64,000 bases of DNA, taken from the sequence record MK327931.1, one strand, 5' to 3'. Below the pieces are notes generated by a model. It made no database searches. It was not told where the DNA came from and saw only the letters and a program-made list of their open reading frames with translations. The position numbers were made by a program, and so were the translations under genes. This document shows, piece by piece, positions 41,820-52,243 of this stretch (within the stretch, counting starts at the first letter, position 1; each line of letters starts with the position of its first letter).

Positions 41820-42465
41820 TGTACTGATGCCTAAAATTAGTTTTTGGATTATTGTTCATAGTACTAATAAAATCAAATTTAACATTCTCTTGAATATATT
41901 TTTTAACACTATCTTTAAATTTAATAGTACTGAAGTCTAAATCTAGATGTTCATACAATACCGGATGACAAAACTCATGTGTACGCAACGCTGGCATGGT
42001 ATCCTTAATGTATTGCACAGTGTTAATCATTGCATTGTATTCCGGCATAGCACGCATCATCATTAGCTGAAAGTGTTCTTCCTCTGACATTGACTCATCC
42101 AAATCAATAACGACTTCATCATTTTTAGAGTCATAAACTTTAATGGTACTCTTGGTTGGATCAAGCATAGCCCACTCTGGATACAGGCATGTTTTCCAAA
42201 AAGGATTATTGCACTGAAACATACTAATGAGATTTTGATCTTTATCAAAAATAGCAAATCCAAGATCCGAACTTGGTTGTACTTCACATACACAAATATC
42301 GTAAGACGAGTCTTCAGTACTGAGTGAACCAACTACATTTGATATATGTGAATATGGAGTTTCTCTTGACTCCAACTGAAATGTACTTTCAATTCGATTG
42401 ATTTGTGGATGTAATGTAATTACACCCCTTAGTACATATAAAATTCTATCTAAATCTTTAATCAA
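41776..42465 (-). CDS. EExxFQ family protein
   Basis: MSEEEHFQLMMMRAMP. Confidence 0.65.
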   Translation of the reverse strand: MIKDLDRILYVLRGVITLHPQINRIESTFQLESRETPYSHISNVVGSLSTEDSSYDICVCEVQPSSDLGFAIFDKDQNLISMFQCNNPFWKTCLYPEWAMLDPTKSTIKVYDSKNDEVVIDLDESMSEEEHFQLMMMRAMPEYNAMINTVQYIKDTMPALRTHEFCHPVLYEHLDLDFSTIKFKDSVKKYIQENVKFDFISTMNNNPKTNFRHQYNESLSNGRDTSWWK

Positions 42466-43040
42466 AATTCTATCCCCGTATCAGTTAATTTCGTTCCGTC
42501 CATGTACTTAACAGTTATTTCAATGCGTCGATCAGTACTCAATTTTTGAAGATCATTGTAGTACAATTTAAATTCTTCAAAGAACTCAAGTGGTGGAATA
42601 TCGTATAAAGTACTAATCTGGAAGTGCTCAGGTAATCCAAATTCCAATATATCAATCTTAGGCATAAGTCCATCGGCTGCTGCACCTTCTGGAGTACTGC
42701 TATCTGCTACATAAAACATAGAATTACCATGACGCTGGATAACGAATATGCAATCATCTTCACTTACATAAATCATATTTCCAAGGTATGGATCGTTATC
42801 ACACCAATTATCATGGACGAGTTGTTCAACTTGAAGTAAATCTTTTATAATTCCCTGACCACTATCGTCAACTAGAATATGTAAACCAGAACAATCTTTG
42901 CTCAACCAGCGGTATCTTGCATCACATCCTGATTCCATAAATGGATATTTTGAAAAATCCATATCAGTACCATTATAAAACCAATCGTACCACTCATTAC
43001 GCATACTAATCAGCTTAGTACTTAATTCTAATACATTCAT
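42462..43040 (-). CDS. EExxFQ family protein
   Basis: LPEHFQISTLYDIPP. Confidence 0.7.
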   Translation of the reverse strand: MNVLELSTKLISMRNEWYDWFYNGTDMDFSKYPFMESGCDARYRWLSKDCSGLHILVDDSGQGIIKDLLQVEQLVHDNWCDNDPYLGNMIYVSEDDCIFVIQRHGNSMFYVADSSTPEGAAADGLMPKIDILEFGLPEHFQISTLYDIPPLEFFEEFKLYYNDLQKLSTDRRIEITVKYMDGTKLTDTGIEF

Positions 43041-43047
43041 TTTAGTT

Positions 43048-43676
43048 TTATCCTCTTAATTTAATAGTACTGGCTGGATATTCTACAAAAGTATTATCTG
43101 GTAATCCTATACAGTAATAAGGTAAATACCCCATCTTTATATTAATACCAATTAAAATTCCTGTTTTATATGAAGTATTAATTCCATAGTAATCGTCTAT
43201 ATCAACAGCAAGTCCATATAATGATATGTTACAATCCTTGATGTATCGGTCAAACATTTTATACATTGATGGATATAAAGTTCCATTGGATTGTCTCACC
43301 AAATCAGCCAACATTTTGATAGTACTGTTAATTAAATCTATACTGAACATCTTTGTACCTGCGAAAAAAGACCAGCAAACGCTGGCCTAAGAATTTAAAT
43401 TATTTCATAAAGACAATATACACCATCAACGCCAGCATCAGGAAAATCAACATAGAAATTCACACTAACAGTGTCGTAATCTATATCAGTGATTCGTCCG
43501 GTTTTACCTACACTTTTTACAAATATATCAGACCCAAGATACACAAACTCGAACTCGTCAGCATACTCTTTTATGATATCTGCGAACCTACAACCACACC
43601 TAGGTTCTGTGTTAATAATTTCAAGATATAATGTAATATATTGTTCGTATGTCCATGTGTGTAGATAAAAATCCAT
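43048..43676 (-). other. Two small hypothetical CDS (43048..43350, 43395..43676)
   Basis: YLGSDIFV..GKTGRITDI family pattern. Confidence 0.55.
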
Positions 43677-43686
43677 AGAAGTTTCC

Positions 43687-44424
43687 TTAGAAATATATCA
43701 TACCCATCAATTCAGAATCGGCGGGGCGAGTATAACCTTGCTTCTTAACTTTAAAATAGAATGATTCATGCTCTTCTAAATTATAACGTTTTTTCAAGCA
43801 ACGAGTGTATGTCTGACAATTTGGGTGAACCCATTCATAAATGTGAATGCCATTTTCGTCATAACCATTTATACTACAACGATTTCCTTCATGCTTCATG
43901 AAGTTTTTACTTTTTTCAGTAAATTCTTTCACTGTAGTTGTATATGGGGATTTGTATTCAAAAGGAACTTCAGTCATACGAAAATAATAGTATTCTTCGT
44001 CTTCATCATATCCCAAGAGCACTGTGTTAGTTTCACGTACATTGTAATGATTCTTACTTTTTAATTCATTTTCGTATATATCTTTCAGTACTTCTGCAAA
44101 AACTTCCTCGCTTGATGCATTAGGATTAGATACACCTGATACTCGGCGTTCAATAATAAAATCAGTGAATTTACGGTCTTCGGCAATATCTTCGTTCATA
44201 TAAAGACTAACAAACTTATCCTTATATGTCTTTACACTATATTGCTTACTTTGCACTTCACTATAAACATCTGCTAACATATTCTCCTGACCACACTGCA
44301 CACCACTTACAGAATAAGCACATGCATGTTCAGCCATTACTGATGTTAACATTTGGAAATTTGCCATGTTTAATTCATTCGCCATCTCTGTAGCGAAACG
44401 GATACGGTCAAGCATTTCACACAC
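43687..44424 (-). CDS. Possible PD-(D/E)xK restriction-endonuclease-fold nuclease
   Basis: AEH...ADV...YSVKT (E..D..SxK). Confidence 0.4.
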   Translation of the reverse strand: MCEMLDRIRFATEMANELNMANFQMLTSVMAEHACAYSVSGVQCGQENMLADVYSEVQSKQYSVKTYKDKFVSLYMNEDIAEDRKFTDFIIERRVSGVSNPNASSEEVFAEVLKDIYENELKSKNHYNVRETNTVLLGYDEDEEYYYFRMTEVPFEYKSPYTTTVKEFTEKSKNFMKHEGNRCSINGYDENGIHIYEWVHPNCQTYTRCLKKRYNLEEHESFYFKVKKQGYTRPADSELMGMIYF

Positions 44425-44455
44425 TCCTTGTGTTAATTATTGTTCCTTACCCATT

Positions 44456-44483
44456 ATTATATCATGAATTAAACTATTGTCCC
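44456..44483 (-). promoter_or_regulatory. Extended -10 promoter GGGACA-16-TATAAT
   Basis: ATGATATAAT directly upstream of the putative nuclease. Confidence 0.6.
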
Positions 44484-44770
44484 TGTTTATAGCAATAAAG
44501 ATTCTCTAATTTAAAATCTACTAGATCACATTCAGAACGTACTCGATTCTTGTTCCAGAATAAAATACGAATCCTTTCATAATCACGATAAACACTAATA
44601 ATGCTTCTGTGCTTGGATTTGTAGTAATCCTGTACTATCCCCAGATACACAGTCCTCAATAAAGACTTAGTTGGATAGGGCATATTCTGTGCTGACGTGA
44701 TATCGTAAATCATCTTCATTGTTTCAGCAACAAGTACTTCATTTGTTCTCATTGTAATCCTTACATACAC
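44474..44770 (-). CDS. Hypothetical protein
   Basis: Tiled ORF. Confidence 0.5.
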   Translation of the reverse strand: MYVRITMRTNEVLVAETMKMIYDITSAQNMPYPTKSLLRTVYLGIVQDYYKSKHRSIISVYRDYERIRILFWNKNRVRSECDLVDFKLENLYCYKQGQ

Positions 44771-44911
44771 TATGTAAAGTAAATCCTAATCCAACACCGA
44801 CAAATGGAAATAGTAAATTGATATACCAAGTATTAATTGATGAAAGTAAACAAATCCCACATACTGTCAGTACTGCCAATGAAAAAAGACTCCAGATAAA
44901 AAATACTGCTC

Positions 44912-47057
44912 TCATAAAAATGTTACCTCATCAAATGAAAAGTTTAAGTACGTTGTTGAATCTTGGTCTAAAGTATGAATAGTAATATGACCATTGAAAT
45001 AAAAAGAAACATCAACTATTTGAAGTTTTGGGTATTTTCTAGTACTGAAATACCTTCCTACTACTAAGTCAGAAAACATATTTCTGTATTCTTGTGTTAC
45101 GTTTTTGTATAGGTTATGTAGAGCACTTTCTTGTGAATCGAAAGTAATGGAATAATCTTTCACCAATATAGCATATGTTTTCTGCATTAAAATGATATTC
45201 ATAAATCTCCTAATATCTCAAAAATTATTGATATTGGGTATACTGGGTTATCAGATGAAGTAACACATACTATTAGTACGTTTTTTCCAGGTGCTACATC
45301 CTTTACCGTGAAATTAATATTATTAAGAATCAGTGATTTACCAATATAATGCTCTTTCAATAATTCAACAAAATAATCCAGTACTGGATTATCTGCACTA
45401 TATGATAACTCAGTACTTGATATCATTTTATATGTATGAACTATTAGTTCAGCTTTAGTCATGAACACGCTCACAATTAAGGCAATAAATGCACTCAATG
45501 TCAGGTCGCCATGATTTATCAAAATCTTTGTGTTGTTCTTCGGTGTATTCCGCATCATCATTAATAGGGAAGAAATCACCAGCACCAGTCGCCCAGTCTG
45601 AATCTAAACGGAAACGAGCTAATTGAGTACTGTTACAATATGGACATTTATTCAAAATTTATTCCTTCTAACTGATATACGTTTAATGAAAATGACCCAC
45701 TATTATTATCGCATCTGAAACACAGTGTTAAAGAACCATTAAAACTAACTACATCCGTACAGATACATTTTTCACCATTGGATATGATAGATTTTCCTAT
45801 ATATAAATCTCTTACTATAGTACGGTAATGTTGCCATAAAAAATAATACACACTTTCATAGTACTCATCTTTTACATATGATAAGTATAAGAATTTATAA
45901 AATACTTGTATTTCCTTTAAGTTGTTTTTCATTCTTCAATTCCAGTAAATTTACACCAATCCAATCAACATCACTATCAGTACTTAATTCCAATCGTAGC
46001 TTACCGCTATGACTAACAATATCGCGGAATTTGTATATTTTATTATCACGAACTATACACAAATCATGGTAATATTCATGTAATTCATCCAAAAACTTTA
46101 TCCATACCGAACGATAGATTTCACTGTAGAGATATTCTCCAGCATCAACCGTAGCGTATTGGATATACAAAAATTTGTATGTGAATTGTATATCATTTAA
46201 TAACATATGTAACCTCTTATAAATTCACCAACTTCACAACTTTAATCTCGATAAATCCCCTATCGGTTATTTCCTGAAATTGAACATGGATTATACCATT
46301 ATATGATTGCACACCATAGAAATCGAATTTATCATTTCCATCGATAAAAGTACTGTAATTCTTTTTTATATATTCACCTACTGAATCTAAGTACTCAATA
46401 TATAAATCAATAAATGGTTGTTCTTTGGATCGGTTATGTGAACCTATGTTGTTACTAACAAGGTATACATCATACAAATCATATAGGATCTTATAAGTGA
46501 ATTGTATATCATTTAAATTTAATCCCAAGGGAATATCTCCAACGGAATACTGGTAAATCCAAAATCAGTGTAGTACTGAACCTCAACTTTACCATCACGT
46601 CTAATGATTATATCAGAAAATTCTGCATGGTCATCACCAATAATAACAGTACTGAATTTTTTTTTAATCTTACCACGAATCGTATGAATCATTTCAGTGC
46701 ATGTGTCTTCTAGACTAGGGCTATCATTGTCGTGTGCTAAATCTCGAATAATCTTGTATGTTAGTAGGAAATCTTTATAATTCATATGTCCACCAAATCT
46801 ATACTATATCTTTCATTAGTATTACTATCTATAAATGATAGTACTAATTTACCACCAAAACTATTAACTTGTTCTATCTTCTGTTTTTTACCACGAATGA
46901 TTATCTCACTATTAACAAAATATTCACGTATCATTATTAAGTGATTAATCCAGATAGTATGAGTGAATGTGTTTTCTCGTATTGTATTGAGATATCTTCC
47001 ATTGTGATGTAAATCAAACAAAACACTGTATGTATATTGTAGAACTTTATAATTCAT
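44912..47057 (-). other. Tandem array of 'Q/LxTYK' small paralogs: 44912..45202, 45199..45462, 45648..45932, 45895..46206, 46217..46528, 46519..46785, 46782..47057; plus Zn-finger ORF 45455..45655
   Basis: LNDIQFTYKFLY / LNDIQFTYKILY / KEIQVFYKFLY / YKDFLLTYKII / YKVLQYTYSVL; CPYC...CLNC. Confidence 0.7.
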
Positions 47058-47069
47058 ATATCCCCTTAC

Positions 47070-47098
47070 AAAAATAGCCCGAACTTATGTCGGGCTAT
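47070..47098 (-). terminator. Intrinsic terminator
   Basis: ATAGCCCGA/TCGGGCTAT plus U tract. Confidence 0.85.
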
Positions 47099-47103
47099 GT
47101 ACA

Positions 47104-48272
47104 TTATTCATCGTCGTCATCGTCATCTAGATCGATATAGATACTATCATCACCATCATCAAAGTACTCCACAATAACTCCTGGAATATTAAGGGCAGTA
47201 AACATTGCATCATATTTCTCATCAGATGGAATCAAAACAAATTCGTCAATGTTTTGAACTTCTGGCATTTTATCTTCGGGGATACCCATATCAACAAGTG
47301 ACTGAATAATCTTTTCTTTGAATTCTAAAAACTTCTCTTCAGATTCAAAATCCATAATAAGCTGTGCAACATATCCTTCATCGTTACCGAATGAAATTGA
47401 CATTTGTGCATCAGTACCGACATAGCACCAAACACGTTTACCTGTGTGCTGCTCAATAAAGTTTTGAATCTGTAACACAATGTCATGGCGAGAACTGTTA
47501 GCAATGTTGTTAAGATTTTCTACACCAGCATTAATTCCAGTACTGTCATTTGTTTCTTCAAATTCACCATAATCACCCAATACATACTGTACACCTTCAT
47601 GATGTAATGCATATGCATAGTCAAGGTCAGCGAGTGAATCGCACTTTCCACGGATCGGACGTAGGGAAAGACCTAAGCGAAGATAACGGAAGTATGTATT
47701 AGTATTTGTATTTGTCAACGTAATGCTCCTTAACAATATAAAAGTAGTTGCTGTTATTGTCAAAAAAGATAACCATCCCTTTATAGACATTTACACCAAT
47801 TTTGATTTCACATATGTTATTTGATTTACTCGCTTCAGTCAATAACATTTTGTGCTCTTTACTGAAAGTGTGGAACAGTGGTTTGACATGCCACATTTCG
47901 ATACCATCCAGTACTGAAAATTTTTCACTAAATTTAATCATTGATTCTTGTAAAAAATATCCTGTAAGATTTATTTCATCACACATGCAAGTTTCCAAGA
48001 AAATTAATCACATCTGCATGTGATAATGTATCATTACCTTCTAGTACATTAATGATAAACGGCACTTGACGATATAGTTCAGCCAGGAATTGTACCTCAT
48101 CAGATGTGTAAGAATATCCCATAGGAACAACCTGTGCAGTCCAGTTTCCTAGAGTTTTGTTAGCAATAATTGCAACTACAGTATTACCTTTGTATTCAAC
48201 ATGGATGGAACGAAATCCTGATTGCTCATTTTGATCCCAAAGTACTGGATTGGTTTTGAACAGTACTGACAT
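47104..48272 (-). other. Hypothetical CDS (47104..47790 acidic tail, 47699..47998, 47979..48272)
   Basis: Tiled ORFs; start of 47104..47790 uncertain. Confidence 0.55.
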
Positions 48273-48274
48273 AA

Positions 48275-48808
48275 TTATTTCCTCATGTATTTTATAACGT
48301 CTTCAAATAATTGTATTTTTAAGTCCTCGTCATTTCCAGGTAAAAACTCACGAAAACTATCAAAATCTTCATTTTTTGCGAAGTTACGCATTTGTGTTGA
48401 GCTATATTGACTTACATTACGGTCAATACCTGCCTGAATTGCTTTTATACTACAAAAATTATACAACTTACCATTGTACATGTCAAGAGTTTTTTGAAAA
48501 GAATCAATACGGTCAGAACCACAAATGAAAAGAACATCTAAGTACTTTCCATCCAGTTCTCTCATTATATCAAATAGATTGTCTTCTGTGTAGATGTTCT
48601 CTTGCACTGAAGGATAGAATCCCTCTGTATAATACATTTTTAGTTCAGGTGGGAGTGGGTTTTTTATATTGTCAGTACTGGTGCTTAGATATATTTTTAA
48701 ATCAGCATTGTACTGTTCTTGTAATGTTTTGGCCTTTTCAAAAACTAAACCATGTCCACGATGTACAGGATTAATACGACCAAACGTTAATACACATGTT
48801 TCTTTCAT
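48275..48808 (-). CDS. HxGH cytidylyltransferase/NMNAT-like nucleotidyltransferase
   Basis: LTFGRINPVHRGH, NPL, ICGSDR, SSTQMR. Confidence 0.85.
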   Translation of the reverse strand: MKETCVLTFGRINPVHRGHGLVFEKAKTLQEQYNADLKIYLSTSTDNIKNPLPPELKMYYTEGFYPSVQENIYTEDNLFDIMRELDGKYLDVLFICGSDRIDSFQKTLDMYNGKLYNFCSIKAIQAGIDRNVSQYSSTQMRNFAKNEDFDSFREFLPGNDEDLKIQLFEDVIKYMRK

Positions 48809-49326
48809 AAATTCTTCATCACCAATCCGAGAGATTTAAGATAATTAATTTTAGCAGTGGTTAAGTACTTATCCAGTACTATCAGACACGAAGGAAATGG
48901 TGCTGAATCTGTTTTCTTATCGGGTTCTTCTGGTATACCAAATCGTAATCTTCCCTTAATAAAACAAATACAATCACATATTTTAGCAGCATAATCCTGA
49001 AAAGCAATTGTGTCGGTTCTTGAGGGTACAAGAATAACTACAGTTGCCCCGTTATTATATGCATCTACTGCTTTAGATAACCAAGTTTTCAAATCACTGT
49101 ATGGTGGATTCAACCAAACTATATTATTTCCCCAATCCTGTGATAGTGAATCATCTTCTGGAGTGAAAAAATTATCACACAATGCAGTCTCATCAACACA
49201 AGCAGCATCAAGTGTAAATCCCCATAACTCATCCAAATCTTCAAAGAAATCTTTGGGAGTTGTCCAGTTATCTTTTCCAGTACTGAAATGTACTGAATGT
49301 TTTTTCGAAGCATCCTTCTTCGACAT
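48805..49326 (-). CDS. dam: Phage DNA N6-adenine methyltransferase (phage Dam family)
   Basis: DNWTTP..FF, FTLDAA, VWLNPPYS, VILVPSRTDT, KGRLRF, SAPFPS. Confidence 0.92.
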   Translation of the reverse strand: MSKKDASKKHSVHFSTGKDNWTTPKDFFEDLDELWGFTLDAACVDETALCDNFFTPEDDSLSQDWGNNIVWLNPPYSDLKTWLSKAVDAYNNGATVVILVPSRTDTIAFQDYAAKICDCICFIKGRLRFGIPEEPDKKTDSAPFPSCLIVLDKYLTTAKINYLKSLGLVMKNL

Positions 49327-49342
49327 TATATAATTCCTTTTG

Positions 49343-49888
49343 TTAGAGACAGTTGTGTACTATCTTATCAAAAGTACTACTGTCAATGTTATATTCATAT
49401 AAAAATTTAAAATGTGAACCGTAACGCATCATCAGATTAAACTCTTCTTCAGTATTGAACTTGTAATCATGAATAGTCTCAGGGGTACATTTTAAACCCA
49501 AGAACTCTATAATTTCAGATGTTACATCATATCCTGAATTGAAGTATTTAACCCAAACACATTTTCCTTGTGGGTTGTATTTTCTATATTCTCCTTCTAG
49601 TTCTCCTTTAATAATATGAGCCTTAACACTTATTGAATTATTACTATATCTTTCTTCAAAATAATTACCATACTGGGCTTTTGATATTGTTGGTTTTTGA
49701 GTAGGAAGTAATTTAACTGAAGTTACTTCAATTCCATTTTGTAATTCCTTTATATAAGAAATGCATCCTTTTTCTTTAATAACCACATATCCAGTAAAGA
49801 TATCTTCGTCTTGTGATTGATTAATGCAATCATCAAAATTCAAAGTTTTATAAGTAACAGTTTTTTCTTTTCTAATAAATGCCATCAT
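49343..49888 (-). CDS. Hypothetical protein (true start MMAFIRK; MORN-like GEYRKYNPQGK)
   Basis: RBS AGGA before 49888. Confidence 0.6.
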   Translation of the reverse strand: MMAFIRKEKTVTYKTLNFDDCINQSQDEDIFTGYVVIKEKGCISYIKELQNGIEVTSVKLLPTQKPTISKAQYGNYFEERYSNNSISVKAHIIKGELEGEYRKYNPQGKCVWVKYFNSGYDVTSEIIEFLGLKCTPETIHDYKFNTEEEFNLMMRYGSHFKFLYEYNIDSSTFDKIVHNCL

Positions 49889-49894
49889 TATTCC

Positions 49895-50536
49895 TATGGA
49901 AACATCAATGAATATACGTGACGTTGATTGCATCAACATCAGTAGAATTATCATGCTACGCATGTCTAATTCTACACAAGTACTATTTTCTTTTAATTAA
50001 TATTGACGGGGTTTGCTTGAGCATATTTCATCCCCCCGCAGGGGAAAGAACAAAAAAATTTGACGCTGGTGGCCTTCACATAGTTCATATCACGAATTCT
50101 CTTACGAGACGAAAGCGGGTTGCTCTGTTTCTCTCTATCGCGGTTCTTGTAGCAACGGTCGTCGGTCTTAAACATCCCGACACATAATACAAATACCATA
50201 TGACCAGTACTTGTATTTGATTTCACAAAATTTGGACGCAACTATATTGTATAATTCCGACCGCATATTTCTTATGAAATCTCCCTTAGATAATTGGTAA
50301 GGTGCGATCCTTATATGTCTATCGAGGAACTCTCTTTATCCTATTGGAGTTCTTTATACAGCCGCATTGCCGTGAGTGGTTCAAACTATGCCATCATCTA
50401 ACGGGTTTCATCTGCTGTTCGTACTGAAAGGACTACTCATCTACCCTCTACATTTTCGAGTGGATTAGGCTTTTAATCATTTCCTTATGGGAACCTTTCA
50501 GGATTAAAAAAAGGTGACTAACATATTATGTTGTCA
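49895..50536 (-). ncRNA. Candidate large structured non-coding RNA (~640 nt)
   Basis: Only large gap in gene tiling; visibly higher GC; at least ten consecutive hairpins; promoter immediately upstream. Confidence 0.5.
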
Positions 50537-50540
50537 CCTT
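50506..50540 (-). terminator. Intrinsic terminator after 50569..51423
   Basis: AAGGTGAC-AACAT/ATGTT-A-GTCACCTT plus U7. Confidence 0.8.
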
Positions 50541-50542
50541 AT

Positions 50543-50570
50543 ATTATATCATTAACTTATCATTTGTCTC
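50543..50570 (-). promoter_or_regulatory. Extended -10 promoter GAGACA-16-TATAAT feeding the ncRNA candidate
   Basis: ATGATATAAT; predicted start inside the 5' arm of the terminator. Confidence 0.6.
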
Positions 50571-51435
50571 AGTTATATTCGGTTTTTTCTGTGAAATTTG
50601 TTAGTATATCAACACTAAAACTTCGAATAACCTCAATCCTGCTTGGCATGAAACGATGTTTATTTTTAATATACAACTCATCATCTTCAATAAAAGACGT
50701 AAAAATAAATGTCATATCTTCACGTGGAATTTGTAAAATATCACACATTTCATTTGCCGATGCTACTGGTGAATCGTTGTAGTACTGAGAGTATGCACTA
50801 GATTGGCGACCGATTATAATAGAATTTCTGATTAGAAAATTACTACAGTACTGAAAATCTTTGTAGTACTTTTCAATAATGTAAGGCATAAGTGCTTCTT
50901 TCACGTCTTCATAACCATTAGTACTATCAATTGCTATACAGTAATCTTCACGTTCTTTTTTCTCATGATGGTAATCATAAACATACTCAAAGAATGAATT
51001 TTTATTTAATGAATCATTTAAACCAACTGACCCACTATAGTATGATTTTCTATCATTCATTCGATCATCTGGGCATGATGCATACATAGAAGTGTCATGT
51101 GATGATGTACCAATATAAATTTTCTTAGTAATATGATTATACGCTATGTAATCATAATCTTGAACTCCAGTCAGCATTAACTGGAACATTAAATCATCAG
51201 GAACATCAATTAACGGGTACTCAAACTTCGAATATCTACTGCGGCAGAAGTTCTTTTCAAATGCTCGGTATGCGATAAAATCTTTTAGATTTTTACAAGA
51301 TTCATGTTCATGAGCACTACTGCTACGTACATTGACATTAGTCGATGTGCAATATCCATCCGAATCTTCGGTGAAGTTACCAGCATAATCCTTATTGTAG
51401 TCAACGATTAGATAAAGTTTCATACATCTCCAGAC

Positions 51436-51469
51436 AAAAAAAAGGACGAGATAACAAATCCCGTCCTTT
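51436..51469 (-). terminator. Intrinsic terminator
   Basis: AAAGGACG/CGTCCTTT plus U8. Confidence 0.8.
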
Positions 51470-52243
51470 GGTTTATTAGTGACTTGCCCAGCAGTAAACA
51501 GGACGTAGATTTTCCATTGGATTTACTTCAGGCTTCAGTACTGTTACACGTACTTCATATGGAGTTCCATCTGCGTGATGGAATGTTTCATAATGAATAC
51601 TTTCAATAAATGTTTCGTATTCTTCTTGTGAACGTGAACGTACTGATGATGAATATTTCTTTTTAGAATCTGCTTTAAGTGTAACACTAACTAGTTCTGA
51701 TTCCTCACCTTCTTCAAGTTTGTTGAAATCGAACTCTGGTACACCTTCAAACATATCAAATTTCATTCCATTGTCTTCCATTTTTAAATTCCTTTTATAT
51801 AATGTTAATTAGATATTTTTAATAAGCAGATTAGATTGTGTCATACTGTAGTGTTCCGTGACGGAATTTTTCAAGTCGTGCTAGAACTTCTTTTCGTTCA
51901 ACAATTTCTGGAACATCTTCTTGTAGTTGATCACAAACTTCAACAATGAAGTCCCAATCACTCTCACAACTTTGTCGTACCGCCTCAATTGTTTTCCAAT
52001 CAGTACTGATATCACCATCAGCATTTTGATATACAGGCCAAACTTTTCCATAATCAGCAATGGATTTGTCATTTAGAATACGAATGGCATTGAAAATCTG
52101 ACCAGTACTGAAGTGTTTTGTATTCTTCATATCTTCTAAACAGCATAGCTTTGGCTCACCTTTTACTTCAATGAGTAAAACACCACCAATTGCTTTTAGG
52201 ACTGAACTTGTATTCATCTATATCTCCGTTATCAAAAAAAAGA

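Noticed and set aside
47105-47160. GAC/GAT and TNTNTN microrepeats
   Set aside because: Ordinary low-complexity acidic tail or linker coding sequence
49993-50241. 82-aa ORF as HNH/IS605 remnant
   Set aside because: No His/Asn catalytic motif, no TnpB/IscB, and only vague similarity of CCCC/GGGG to IS200/605 ends
49895-50536. tmRNA, RNase P RNA, group I/II intron or hammerhead identity for the structured region
   Set aside because: Partial look-alikes (GAGTAGTCC, AGAACCGCG, AGATGAG..CGAAC, GCAAAC) occur in the wrong order or lack invariant cores; no tRNA-like ends or domain V
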